In this document: piece after piece, positions 12,134-22,170 of the stretch
Position numbering within the stretch: the first letter of the stretch is position 1
How the letters are laid out: every line of letters starts with the position of its first letter
NCBI GenBank assembly: GCA_016432285.1
Contig: CP066682.1
Coordinates: forward strand, 15,026 to 79,025
Origin: Candidatus Kaiserbacteria bacterium
Lineage (GTDB): Bacteria > Patescibacteriota > Minisyncoccia > Phycocordibacterales > UBA2100
Length of the DNA: 64,000 bases
Reading direction: 5' to 3'
Position numbers and translations under genes: made by a program
Notes under the pieces: model-generated
The model's input: the letters and a program-made list of their open reading frames with translations, nothing else
What the model was told of the DNA's origin: nothing
Database searches by the model: none

Positions 12134-12964
12134 CTACGGGAGGCCGAAAACACGCCGCGCATTGGCGACAAGCTGTATCGCGACTTTCTCCTCATCCTCC
12201 GCCCGAATCCGTGCGATCGCACGCACGACTTCCGCCACGTACGAGGGCTCGTTGCGCTTACCGCGATGCGGCACGGGGGTTACGTAGGGAGCGTCGGTCT
12301 CCGAGAGGAGCATGTCGAGGGGAGCGCTCCTCACGACTTCGTCGTAATCGTGCGTGAAAGTGAGCACGCCGGTAAAAGAGAGCGTGAACCCGAAATCAAC
12401 GAACTTCTTCCCCACCTCCCAATTGCCTGCAAAAAAGTGCGTGTCCCCTTTCACCTTCGAGTGCGCTTTCAGTATCTCAAGAGCATCTTCGTACGCGTCG
12501 CGGCCGTCGGAGGGGCGGATGTGGAGCATGAGCGCCTTCCCGAGCACATTTGCGAGTTCGATGTGTTCGATAAACACCTCTTTCTGCAATTCCTTCGAGC
12601 TCTCGTCGCAGCGGTAGTAATCGAGTCCGCACTCCCCGACCGCGATCACCTTTTTGTGCTTCCCGAGCTCCGCGTACTTTGATGCATCGAAGTGCTCGCC
12701 GCGCGAGGTAAAGGCCTTGCCGCCCTCCCCCAACTCTTTTTCATCGTGGTACGACTTCGCGGTGTGAATGGGGTGCAGCCCTATCGTGGCATACACGTTG
12801 TCGTACTGCTCGGCGAGGGCAACGGCCGCGGCCGACGTGTCGTACTGCGTGCCGACCACGTTCATTCCCACCCCAGCGGCCTTCGCGCGCGCGATCACCT
12901 CCTGCCGATCGCTCTCATATGCGGCAAAATTCGTATGCGTATGTGCGTCGAAGTATTTAAACAT
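12134..12964 (-). CDS. tatD: TatD-family metal-dependent DNase/hydrolase
   Basis: N-terminal FDAHTH motif and GECGLDY, typical of TatD. Confidence 0.85.
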   Translation of the reverse strand: MFKYFDAHTHTNFAAYESDRQEVIARAKAAGVGMNVVGTQYDTSAAAVALAEQYDNVYATIGLHPIHTAKSYHDEKELGEGGKAFTSRGEHFDASKYAELGKHKKVIAVGECGLDYYRCDESSKELQKEVFIEHIELANVLGKALMLHIRPSDGRDAYEDALEILKAHSKVKGDTHFFAGNWEVGKKFVDFGFTLSFTGVLTFTHDYDEVVRSAPLDMLLSETDAPYVTPVPHRGKRNEPSYVAEVVRAIARIRAEDEEKVAIQLVANARRVFGLP

Positions 12965-13030
12965 TCTAGTATCCTACAAATAAACGGGTGGACGAGCGAG
13001 AGCCCATCCACCCTTCTTCAGGCCGCTTCT

Positions 13031-13306
13031 TCAGCCGGTTATCGTCCCGACAAAGCAGCCGGCAACGCCGATGTTGCAGCACTGGCAGCCAGACCCGATG
13101 CCCCAGCTATACGGGACGACGCACCAGTTGACTTGCGTCTGGCAGATCCAACTGACGCCGGGCTGCCGTTTCGGTACCGGTGTGAACGGTGCCGTCGGAG
13201 ACGCCTTCGAATAATTCGCCTTCGTGATCTCGAACGCCTGAGTCGGCGTCACAGACACGGAAGCGAGAAGCGTAGCCGCAAGCAATGCGGACACGGTACG
13301 TTTCAT
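13031..13306 (-). CDS. Secreted cysteine-rich small protein of unknown function
   Basis: Sec signal peptide (cleavage after TQA). The mature part of about 67 aa has 6 Cys in a Gly-rich C-terminus (GIGSGCQCCNIGVAGCFVGTITG). A GGAGGA ribosome-binding site sits upstream. Confidence 0.5.
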   Translation of the reverse strand: MKRTVSALLAATLLASVSVTPTQAFEITKANYSKASPTAPFTPVPKRQPGVSWICQTQVNWCVVPYSWGIGSGCQCCNIGVAGCFVGTITG

Positions 13307-13403
13307 GTGGTCTCCTCCCTAGGAACAATGAGCTCACCGACAATCGGCCGCCCACGGTCCACCCAGAATCTAATCAGATTCATTAAGAATGTCCACGGTC
13401 TAT

Positions 13404-16178
13404 TTATTGGCTCCGATTGTACGCGGCGATGAGATCGGCCGTGCTATTACGATGCGGCAGCTGGTACGATCTCCAGCGCTCTTTCAGGTCCTCCGCTCCC
13501 TTTGCAAACGAGCTGTCGAGGCGCGTCTGCACACCCTGCCAATCGATCGCGCCGTCCCGGAGGAGAGTGGAATCCACCTCTGCAAGGAGCGTATCGTTGA
13601 CGCGCATGGTCCCGACGCCGCGCGTCGCCATCACTTGCGCCCTGGGCGATTTTTTGAGCACTTCGGAGATATTCTTCACGCCGCCGCATGAGCCGAGGTT
13701 GACCAGCGCCACGCTTTCGTCGAGCAGTCCGATGGTCTTGTTGGCATGGTAGCTGTGCCCGCGGTGCACAATGACCTGCGGCTTTTCCGACTGCTTCAAG
13801 CGCTCGTTCACTTCGAGCACGGTCTTGTCATTGCGATCGGGCTTATTGGCAAAAATGCGAATCGCGCGCTTGCCGTTGGCGCTCTTTTTTTCGATCACGA
13901 TATACTCGCCGCGATCCTCGAGGCCGATCCCCTTTCGCACCGACACCTTCTTGATCGCGCCGTCTGAGCTCCACTGCACGTCACCACCGAGCGTGCGTAT
14001 GAAGTTTCTGAACGACTGGTGTCCGTCCCACGCCGCTTCCGGCTTCCCGTCTCCTCGGTCGTCATAAAAGGCGTGTAGCTGCACATTCAATTCACGACCT
14101 CCCTCCATGCGAAAGCTCGCGGCGCTATCAAGCTTACTCATCGGCTGAAAGAATTCCTTGTACGATGCGACGCTCTCCTTCGCCCATTCTGGAACGTCAG
14201 ACCTGCTGCGAAATATCTCTGCGACGAGGACGCCCGCCGTCGGATCGCTGCGCTTGAGGAAGCCTTGCAGCGAATTGATCACGAACTGCTGAATCGGCTG
14301 GTTTTTGGTCGCGTGCACGAGCTCGTCGATGGTGATGGCCTGCCCCTGGGAAAGCGTACCCGATCCTTCAAAAAGAAACTTCGTGAGCGTGCGCTGCTGC
14401 GTGTCAGCGTCGCCAAGGTCGGCAAGAAATGTATCGAGCAGATCGTTCTGCGAGAGCACCTCAAGAAAGGTGCCGAACGCGCGCTGGCTCGGGTTTGCGC
14501 GCTGTAGAAAGTCAGAAAGAGAGCCGGATTGCTGCACCTTGGCCATAAACGAGTACTCTCGCTCGCGTCCTGTATATCCGTTGCCGTTGTACATGAGTCG
14601 GAAGGACGAAAGGTACGCGTCTGCACCGACGCGCGTCATCATGTCGAAGAGCATCCCCGCATCCGCCCCCTCCAGCTCCTGGAGCCTTTTGCTGGGAGAG
14701 GCGTCGTGCAATTCGTTCATGTTCCACAGTCGTGTGTAGTAGACGGTCGATGCGCGCTCGCGGAGAATCTCACCGATCGCACCTGTGGAATTTTGGCTCA
14801 TGAGTGCTCCGAATTGCCCGAGGGAAAGTTCGACGAGATCCCCCACTTTTTTACCCAGGCGATCCCAGAGGAGCACGTCATCGGCTTCGCGTGCCGCCGC
14901 ATACCCGCTCACGTATCCGACGTCCCGTGACGCTCGCACGGCAGTTTCAAATTCGCGCAGGTACTCCAGATCTCCGAGACGGCCCCGGGTGAGCGCGGGC
15001 AACGCGGAGAGCATGCGTTCATCGTCTCGATACCTCTGCACGAGATTGCTGGCAGCAGACCACGAAGCCGAGTCGGAGGCGTAGTCGCGCAAAAAAAGCA
15101 TCGTTTCTGACAGTCGCTTTTGCGGCACGCCGTCGAGCGTCTGCTTGAAATCGCTGCGGACGAGCATCGGTGCAAATCGTACGAGATCGAAGCCACCTAT
15201 GCGCTGTAGACTCCTCAAATGCAGCGCGTTTTGCACGAAGTCCGGCGAACGGTACGCGCTCGAGGGCAGTCCGATGATTCCGTGCAAAGCCACAACACCT
15301 TGCGCGTGCAAAGCCGTGATGGCATCGACGAAGGCGGGATCACTCATTTTCGATTCAAAATCGCGCCGATCGCTCGGCGCGGACTCATACGGGGTAATGG
15401 TCGATAAGCTGATCCCGGCCTTCGCAGCTCGGGCGATCCCTTCGACGAACGCAGGGTTCGCGAGTGACGCTGAGCCGATGCGCTTTTTCTTTAACTCGTA
15501 GAGCAGATCTGTCCCTATTGAGATCTCCGGCCCGCGCGACACCGCCGCATCGAAAAGTTGCTTGAAATTTGGCGTCTCCTCCTCGGCGTCCAAGAGGGCG
15601 TTGAAATCTTTTATATCGAGGGAGCCCCTGATCGACTGGTACTTTGCCGGCATCTCCGTAAGGCCCGGTCGATCATACCGATAGCCAGGATTTTCCTTCA
15701 GGTCAGCAGGCATGAGGATGTTCTCCTTGCGTAGCTCCGCCGGAATACGCCCGAGAAGTCTCCTTAGTGCCGCATGGTCTTCTATCGTTTGTATCGGAGC
15801 CTGCATGTCAAACCGGGAGATGTCGCCGCCATACTCCCGAATGATTGAGAGGCCACGGAGAAAGCCCTTGCTTCGCAGTGCAGTTTCGCGCTGAAGAAAA
15901 TCTTTTTTCTCCCTCTCAACCCATGCCTCCCCGGGAGACCGCTTTTCTAGTCGCTGCACATACGCGCGCCCCGCGTCAAGGTCCTTTTCGTAAATCTTCC
16001 GTACGCTGTCGAGATCTTCAAGCCCCTTCTCGGCACTTGCGAGGGTTACCGTATTCTGCTCGGGCACTTGTCCGACGGCTGGGGATGCGGTGGCCACCAT
16101 AAAAGCCGCGACCGCCGACTTGAGGTTGAGCCGGTTGTGTTTTCGCTTACTAAGACCGCCTTCGGGTCCAGAAGACAT
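13404..16178 (-). CDS. Large secreted hypothetical protein (924 aa)
   Basis: N-terminal signal-like hydrophobic segment, mostly helical, no recognised catalytic family. The C-terminal region carries HRGHSYH and LGSCGG motifs. It is immediately upstream of the Cys-rich peptide gene. Confidence 0.5.
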   Translation of the reverse strand: MSSGPEGGLSKRKHNRLNLKSAVAAFMVATASPAVGQVPEQNTVTLASAEKGLEDLDSVRKIYEKDLDAGRAYVQRLEKRSPGEAWVEREKKDFLQRETALRSKGFLRGLSIIREYGGDISRFDMQAPIQTIEDHAALRRLLGRIPAELRKENILMPADLKENPGYRYDRPGLTEMPAKYQSIRGSLDIKDFNALLDAEEETPNFKQLFDAAVSRGPEISIGTDLLYELKKKRIGSASLANPAFVEGIARAAKAGISLSTITPYESAPSDRRDFESKMSDPAFVDAITALHAQGVVALHGIIGLPSSAYRSPDFVQNALHLRSLQRIGGFDLVRFAPMLVRSDFKQTLDGVPQKRLSETMLFLRDYASDSASWSAASNLVQRYRDDERMLSALPALTRGRLGDLEYLREFETAVRASRDVGYVSGYAAAREADDVLLWDRLGKKVGDLVELSLGQFGALMSQNSTGAIGEILRERASTVYYTRLWNMNELHDASPSKRLQELEGADAGMLFDMMTRVGADAYLSSFRLMYNGNGYTGREREYSFMAKVQQSGSLSDFLQRANPSQRAFGTFLEVLSQNDLLDTFLADLGDADTQQRTLTKFLFEGSGTLSQGQAITIDELVHATKNQPIQQFVINSLQGFLKRSDPTAGVLVAEIFRSRSDVPEWAKESVASYKEFFQPMSKLDSAASFRMEGGRELNVQLHAFYDDRGDGKPEAAWDGHQSFRNFIRTLGGDVQWSSDGAIKKVSVRKGIGLEDRGEYIVIEKKSANGKRAIRIFANKPDRNDKTVLEVNERLKQSEKPQVIVHRGHSYHANKTIGLLDESVALVNLGSCGGVKNISEVLKKSPRAQVMATRGVGTMRVNDTLLAEVDSTLLRDGAIDWQGVQTRLDSSFAKGAEDLKERWRSYQLPHRNSTADLIAAYNRSQ

Positions 16179-16201
16179 GTGAAAAGTGTATCACCCGTGC
16201 T

Positions 16202-17635
16202 TTATTTCTTCCGCGGGAACAGATTCTCGGGCTTTTTGTTGGCCACTATCGCTTCGATGATCTTCCGAGACGTCTCCGGCATACATGGCTCAAGCAGGAG
16301 GTCGACAAACGCGAGTTCGCGCACCATTTCAGTGATGAGTTGCTTACCTTTTTCAGGGTCGGTCTTTACGAGCTTAAACGGTTCCATCTGATTGATCTTT
16401 TGATCGAGCGCCTGGATCCGGCTCCACACGTATTCGAGCGCGGCGTTGGTTTCGTACCGCGTGAGAGCGGACGTGTATTCCTCGGGGTACGGTTTCATTT
16501 CTACCGCCACGGGACCTCCGAGATTCGTTTGCGCGAGCTGCATCACGCGTGCCGCGAGATTTCCGATACCGTTCGCGAGATCCGCGTTGTAGGCATCTGT
16601 GAAGCGCTCCATCGTGAAATCGGAATCTTCGAAAGGGTGGACGTGGCGCGCCAGAAAGTAACGCACCGCATCGGTGCCGTACTGCTCCACCAAGGCGATC
16701 GGATCGATCACGTTGCCGATCGATTTCGACATTTTCTGCCCGCCCGAAGTTATGAAGCCATGGTAGAGAATCTGCTTTGTAGTGGAAAGATCTGCGGACA
16801 TGAGCATGGCTTGCCACATGATCGACTGGAATCGCACCTGGTCCTTGCCAGCGAGCTGGAGCGTGAATCCGTCTGTCCAGAATTTCTTGAAATTGCCCGC
16901 CTCGTCCTCTGGCCAGCCGAGCGTCGAGATGTAGTTGGTCAGAGCGTCAAACCACACGTACATCACCTGCGAATCATCATCCGGCACCGGGACGCCCCAC
17001 GAAAGGCGCGATTTTTCGCGCGAGACGCTAAAATCCTCGAGGCCATCTCGGACAAATTTCAGGGCCTCTCCCCGCCGCCACTCCGGCACGATGACGCCCT
17101 CTTTCGAGAGATATGCTTCGAGTTGCTTCTGGTACTTCGTGAGCTTGAAGAAATAATTTTCTTCCTCGACCTCTTGCGGCACCAGATTCGGGTGATTCGG
17201 GCAGCGGCCCTGCACCAAGTCGCTCTCCCGGAGGAACATCTCGTCTCCGACGCAGTAGAGGCCTTTGTACTTTTTCTTGTAGATATCGCCCTTCGCGAGG
17301 CAGCGGCGCCAGATTTCCTGCGCAGCGGCCTTGTGGTGTGCGTCCGACGTGCGGATGAAATGGAGATCGTCGGAGAGTCCGAGCGTGCCCTTGAGGGAGC
17401 GGAACTTCGCGGCGTACTCGTCGACGTACGCCTGCGGATCTTTCCCCTCCTCGGACGCGCGCTGAAAAATCTTTTGCCCGTGCTCATCGGTACCGGTGTT
17501 GAAAAAGACCTCGTCCCCGAGGAGCTTGCGGTAGCGCGCGATGATGTCGGCTGTTACGAGCTCAAATGCAAAACCGATGTGCGGATCGGCGTTGACGTAC
17601 GGCAGTGTCGTCGTGAGGTACAAATGTTTACCCAT
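16202..17635 (-). CDS. metG: Methionyl-tRNA synthetase, short form lacking the C-terminal tRNA-binding domain
   Basis: HIGH-like motif (PHIGFAF), KMSKS, and a zinc knuckle. The start is set at MGKHLYLTT; the track ORF is over-extended. Confidence 0.9.
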   Translation of the reverse strand: MGKHLYLTTTLPYVNADPHIGFAFELVTADIIARYRKLLGDEVFFNTGTDEHGQKIFQRASEEGKDPQAYVDEYAAKFRSLKGTLGLSDDLHFIRTSDAHHKAAAQEIWRRCLAKGDIYKKKYKGLYCVGDEMFLRESDLVQGRCPNHPNLVPQEVEEENYFFKLTKYQKQLEAYLSKEGVIVPEWRRGEALKFVRDGLEDFSVSREKSRLSWGVPVPDDDSQVMYVWFDALTNYISTLGWPEDEAGNFKKFWTDGFTLQLAGKDQVRFQSIMWQAMLMSADLSTTKQILYHGFITSGGQKMSKSIGNVIDPIALVEQYGTDAVRYFLARHVHPFEDSDFTMERFTDAYNADLANGIGNLAARVMQLAQTNLGGPVAVEMKPYPEEYTSALTRYETNAALEYVWSRIQALDQKINQMEPFKLVKTDPEKGKQLITEMVRELAFVDLLLEPCMPETSRKIIEAIVANKKPENLFPRKK

Positions 17636-18710
17636 GCGCTCTTCGTACCACTTCGCCCGTAAACGCTTTCTCCTCCTGCCAGTCGCGCACGAACTCCTGG
17701 ATGACTGCCGCCACCGGCACCGAAAGCAGAATGCCCAAGAAGCCAGCGAGCTCGGCACCGATGATGAGCGCGAGGATCACGAGAAGAGGCGGCACGCCCA
17801 CCACGCGAGTCACGACGAGCGGGTAGATGAGATGATTTTCAAACTGCTGGAGCAGTACGTACACGATGATTACCGTAACCCCCTTGATGGCGCCGCCGTC
17901 GGCGAAGGCAATCAAGACGGCGGGGAGCGCCGCGAGTGTGGGACCGAAGACAGGGATGAGCTCGAAGACTGCGGCAACGACCGCGAGAAGGAGCGCGTGC
18001 TTGATGCCGAAGATGGTGAGGAGGAGGTACACCAAGACGCCGATCAAGACCGCAAGCAGGAGCTGCCCCTGCATCCAGAGCGCGATTTTCTGGCGGGAGC
18101 GGCTCCAGAGATCGAGCACGTAGCTTCGGTGTTGCTTAGGGACGATGATCTGCAAAAAGTCGTCGACGCCTGTTTCGATTACCGCGAAGTAGAATGAGAA
18201 GACGATGATGAGGAGGAACGACAGCAGGCCGCCGAAAATGCTGGCGATCGCCGTGAGCGCGTTGCCAAAGACGCCGCTCTCCCCGAGGGAGTCACGTATG
18301 CTCGCGAGCAGATTCTCGGTCGAGACGGTCGGAGGTTCGATGCCGATGATACTCGCGTATTGATCAAAAGCACTGATTTGGTTGAAGGAGTCGATGTACG
18401 AGGGCACCGAGGAGAGGAAGGCCGCAAACTCGGAAAAGACGGTGGGGACGAAGAAGAAAAAGAGACCGAAGAAAAGCCCAAGCACCACGATATAGACGAG
18501 AAGTACGGAAAGTACACGTGGCACTTTGTACCGCCTGACACGCGCAACTGCCGGCTCCAGCGCGGAAGCAATAACGACCGCCGTGATCAAGATGAGCACG
18601 AGGTCCCGGAGCTCAAAAAGGAGCCACGCCCCGGCAAGTACGAGGAGTGCCTTTATGACCGTACCCGTCGTAATCGAGATCGAAAGGGGGCGATCGCTCA
18701 TACGGGGCAT
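17628..18710 (-). CDS. AI-2E family transporter (PerM/YdiK-like, UPF0118)
   Basis: Eight predicted TM helices with the AI-2E topology. It overlaps the metG start by 8 nt. Confidence 0.8.
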   Translation of the reverse strand: MPRMSDRPLSISITTGTVIKALLVLAGAWLLFELRDLVLILITAVVIASALEPAVARVRRYKVPRVLSVLLVYIVVLGLFFGLFFFFVPTVFSEFAAFLSSVPSYIDSFNQISAFDQYASIIGIEPPTVSTENLLASIRDSLGESGVFGNALTAIASIFGGLLSFLLIIVFSFYFAVIETGVDDFLQIIVPKQHRSYVLDLWSRSRQKIALWMQGQLLLAVLIGVLVYLLLTIFGIKHALLLAVVAAVFELIPVFGPTLAALPAVLIAFADGGAIKGVTVIIVYVLLQQFENHLIYPLVVTRVVGVPPLLVILALIIGAELAGFLGILLSVPVAAVIQEFVRDWQEEKAFTGEVVRRAHG

Positions 18711-18746
18711 CGTAGCACGAGTACCATCTTCATTACACGTGAAGAT

Positions 18747-20039
18747 TCAGGAAGCCAGCTTCTCGAGAAGCTTCCCGATCGGCAGGCGCTCCTGCTTCCC
18801 TGTATCGCGATCACGAAGCGTTACGGTGTCGTCTTGAAGCGTATCGAAGTCGATCGTAACGCAGTACGGAGTTCCGATTTCGTCCTGCCTGCGGTATCGC
18901 TTGCCGATATTGCCGTTGTCGTCCCACATGGTCTGCGGCATCATCTTTTTGAGAATCGTGTACACCTCCCGCGCCTTTTTGACGAGCTCGGGCTTGTTTT
19001 TGAGAAGCGGAAACACCGCCACCTTCACGGGAGCGACGGCACGATTCAGTTTGAGATACGTGCGCGTCTCCCCACCCATTTCATCTTCCGTGTAGGCCGA
19101 GAGGAGCAGCGCGAGCACTGTGCGCTCGAGTCCGAACGACGGTTCGATCACGTGCGGCACGAAGCGCTCTTTCGTCTCCTCGTCGAGGTACGAGAGGTCG
19201 ACGCCGGAGGCGGCAGCGTGCGCCTTCAGATCGAAGTCGGTGCGGTACGCGAGACCGTAGAGCTCTTTGCGGCCAAACGGGAAATCAAACTCGAAGTCGA
19301 TCGTGCGCTCCGAATAGTGCGCGCGCTCTCCGTCAGGCACCTCCAGCTCGTGCACGAGCTCGCGCGAAATCCCGACGGCGTCGAGGTAGCGGTACACTTC
19401 TCCTTTCCACGCCTCGAAGTGCGTCTGCCAATCCGCAGGCTTCACAAAATACTCGATCTCCATCTGCTCAAGCTCCCGCACGCGAAAAATAAAATCGCGC
19501 GGCGCGATCTCGTTGCGGAAGGCTTTGCCGATCTGCGCGATCCCGAAGGGAAGCTTCGGGTGCTGAGAGTCGACGACATTTTTGAAATTGACGAAAATGC
19601 CGCCGGCGGTCTCGGGCCGGAGGTAGGTAGTCGCGGCGACTCCGTCGGTCGCGCCGACCTCCGTCTTGAACATCATATTGAATTGCCGCACCGCCCCAAA
19701 GGAGCCACCGCATTCGGGACATTCCTTCTCCACCTGGTCGGCGCGAAATCGTCGCTTGCATTTCTTGCATTCCACGAGCGGATCCTGAAAGCCTTCCACG
19801 TGCCCGCTCGCCTCCCATGCTTTCGCGTTCATGAGAATCGCGGCGTCCACGCCGTGCATATCTTCCCGCTCCTGCACGAACATGCGCCACCAGAGCGCTT
19901 TGACGTTGTTCTTCAGCTCCACCCCCAAGGGGCCGAAATCCCACGTGCCGGAGAGGCCACCGTAGATTTCGGATCCGGGGTAGATAAATCCGCGGCGCTT
20001 GCAGAGGGAGACGATCTTTTCCATCGATGGCTCGGCCAT
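18747..20039 (-). CDS. glyQS: Glycyl-tRNA synthetase, dimeric alpha2 type
   Basis: Class II motifs and a C-terminal anticodon-binding domain. The start is at MAEPSMEK; the track ORF has a spurious 120-aa Arg/Ser-rich extension. Confidence 0.9.
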   Translation of the reverse strand: MAEPSMEKIVSLCKRRGFIYPGSEIYGGLSGTWDFGPLGVELKNNVKALWWRMFVQEREDMHGVDAAILMNAKAWEASGHVEGFQDPLVECKKCKRRFRADQVEKECPECGGSFGAVRQFNMMFKTEVGATDGVAATTYLRPETAGGIFVNFKNVVDSQHPKLPFGIAQIGKAFRNEIAPRDFIFRVRELEQMEIEYFVKPADWQTHFEAWKGEVYRYLDAVGISRELVHELEVPDGERAHYSERTIDFEFDFPFGRKELYGLAYRTDFDLKAHAAASGVDLSYLDEETKERFVPHVIEPSFGLERTVLALLLSAYTEDEMGGETRTYLKLNRAVAPVKVAVFPLLKNKPELVKKAREVYTILKKMMPQTMWDDNGNIGKRYRRQDEIGTPYCVTIDFDTLQDDTVTLRDRDTGKQERLPIGKLLEKLAS

Positions 20040-20046
20040 AAAGGGA

Positions 20047-22047
20047 TCAGCGTACCACGGTCGCGCTCGAGGCGCTGAAACCGGGGTCGCCCACGATATT
20101 CGTCGTAACGTCGCGCACATCTTTCGATACCGCTTTCTTCGTCGCGTCGTCGATCCCCGTAAAGGTGATGTCCTGCAAGAGGATCGGCTCCTGCCCGATC
20201 TGGGAAGTGGAGGGCGTAAAGCCGATCGCGATCGCGGCCTGCCGCGGCTGCGTGCCGCCGAGTCCGACGCCCGGTTCGAGTGCACCCACGTCCCAGGTAA
20301 CGGTGCTGTCGGTCTGATTGAACGAGAGATTCTCGGATGATGGACTGTAGATGCCGACCCACCGCACGTACGGCGGCAGCGAGGCCCGGAGTTTACCACC
20401 CGTTACTTTGTTGGTGGTGTTCGTGAGGGTGAAAACGATCGCGTAGGTGGTTTCGGAGCCCGCCTTCGGAGGCATCGGGCCGCTCGAGCCGAACGGATTG
20501 GCGTAGTAAAGACCCTGCGCCGATACAGTCAGATCGCTCGCGACTGCGACGCGCTGCGAAGCGGTCGACTGAAGGTTTTGCGGCACGCCGCTTTCGGAAA
20601 GGCGCTTGCCGGCCGCATTGACCGTGATTGTGAGCGAGGGGTTGCGCACCTCCGCGAGTGCTTCGCTCGCGGGCATCTGGAAGGTGAACGAAACAGTGCC
20701 CTTGGCGCCAGCCGGAATGCTCGAGAGTACGCCGCCGGTCGTCGATTTGTCCCAGATCACCGAGTTGTCACTGGAGCGGAAGAAGCCGTCGATCGAATGC
20801 ACGCTCGTGCCGTCGATCGTAAGACCGGTGAGGCGTGCGACGATCACCGCATCGGTAACCGCCACGCCGAGATTGTTCTGCCACGAAACGACCACATTCA
20901 CGTTTTCCTTCGGCGCGACGACAGCCCCCGTGCCGCTCACCTTGTTGACCGCAACCCCGAGCCCGAGGAAGGCGTCGGAGACGCGCAGCTTGAATGCGTT
21001 TTCGGAAAGGGCGGTCGCGATTTCCCCCTCGCTCGGACTTTTTCGCGTACCGAGCGTGACGCGAAAGACGCGCTCGTCGCCGCTCTCGCCGGTGAGTGTG
21101 CCGCGAAGCACGATCTCCTTTTTCTGCCCCGGCGCGAAATCGCCGAGCTCCCAGAAGCCGGGCTTTTTCGGCGACGGGTTTGCCGAGGTAAAGGTAAACC
21201 CGAACGGGTACGAGATCGAAACGAGCGCGTCTTTGATGATCGTGTTGGCGTTTGAGGCCGCGGTGATCCGCAGCTCCACCGGCTGTCCGGAAACGGTCTC
21301 TGTGTTTCCCTCCACCGTCAGCAGAATCGGCGAGGAGCTGAGAGAGGTGTGGTACTGCGACGAAGAAACGAAAATGGCGCTCGAGCCGCCGATGCGGTAC
21401 TCGAGATCGGCCTTGATCTCCACCTCTTTGCCGCTCTCGCCCGAGAAAACGGCCGAGACGGTGCCCTGCCGCGAGCCACCCGGCTCGATGCTCCCAAGGC
21501 AGATGCGCTGCTGCGGAAAATCATACGTCGGGTCTTTCGTGCCCTCCGGCCGTGAGCAGTTGAACTGCGTGAAATTACCCGATCCGACCGAGCGCGTGCC
21601 CTCCGGATACGTGATCACGAGATCCGCGAGCTGCAAGGCGGTGTTGTTGCGGTTGGTAACAGTGATCTGCAATTGCGTCGGCTCGCCGCCCGCGATCTGC
21701 GGCGGGCCAGAGACGATGATGTCGATGTTGCCGGGCGCAGCCGGAAGCGAGCCGCCGCCGACGAGAAAGTAGTATCCAAAGAATCCCGCGGCCGCCAAGA
21801 AGAAAACGATGGCGCCCCCGAGCACCCACCAGAGGGCGCGTCGCGCGAGATTGATCGTGCGCGGGGCAACGGTGGTCTGATCGACGCCTCGCTCCTCCTC
21901 ACGCCAATCCTCACCGACGATCGGGCGTATCTCGTCCATCGCACGGCGCGGACGCTCCTTGAGCTTTTCACTGAGCTGCCGCGAGTACATCGCGCGGCGC
22001 AAGCGCTCTATTTTCTCCTGTTCATGATCGGAGGCAGGCGGCTCCAT
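20047..22047 (-). CDS. Membrane-anchored surface protein with tandem beta-sandwich repeats (DUF11/CARDB-like)
   Basis: Cytoplasmic N-terminus, a single TM helix (WWVLGGAIVFFLAAAGFFGYYF), then four or more repeated Thr/Ser/Val-rich beta domains. Confidence 0.55.
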   Translation of the reverse strand: MEPPASDHEQEKIERLRRAMYSRQLSEKLKERPRRAMDEIRPIVGEDWREEERGVDQTTVAPRTINLARRALWWVLGGAIVFFLAAAGFFGYYFLVGGGSLPAAPGNIDIIVSGPPQIAGGEPTQLQITVTNRNNTALQLADLVITYPEGTRSVGSGNFTQFNCSRPEGTKDPTYDFPQQRICLGSIEPGGSRQGTVSAVFSGESGKEVEIKADLEYRIGGSSAIFVSSSQYHTSLSSSPILLTVEGNTETVSGQPVELRITAASNANTIIKDALVSISYPFGFTFTSANPSPKKPGFWELGDFAPGQKKEIVLRGTLTGESGDERVFRVTLGTRKSPSEGEIATALSENAFKLRVSDAFLGLGVAVNKVSGTGAVVAPKENVNVVVSWQNNLGVAVTDAVIVARLTGLTIDGTSVHSIDGFFRSSDNSVIWDKSTTGGVLSSIPAGAKGTVSFTFQMPASEALAEVRNPSLTITVNAAGKRLSESGVPQNLQSTASQRVAVASDLTVSAQGLYYANPFGSSGPMPPKAGSETTYAIVFTLTNTTNKVTGGKLRASLPPYVRWVGIYSPSSENLSFNQTDSTVTWDVGALEPGVGLGGTQPRQAAIAIGFTPSTSQIGQEPILLQDITFTGIDDATKKAVSKDVRDVTTNIVGDPGFSASSATVVR

Positions 22048-22170
22048 GCGCGAATTATACCCCGTGGGATACGCTAGCCGGAACGTGTTCCGCGTGGCGA
22101 AACGCGTGCCGACTTCGAATCATCGACAACACGGGACCGATTATCCCATGGGGAGATCGCACATCGCGCC

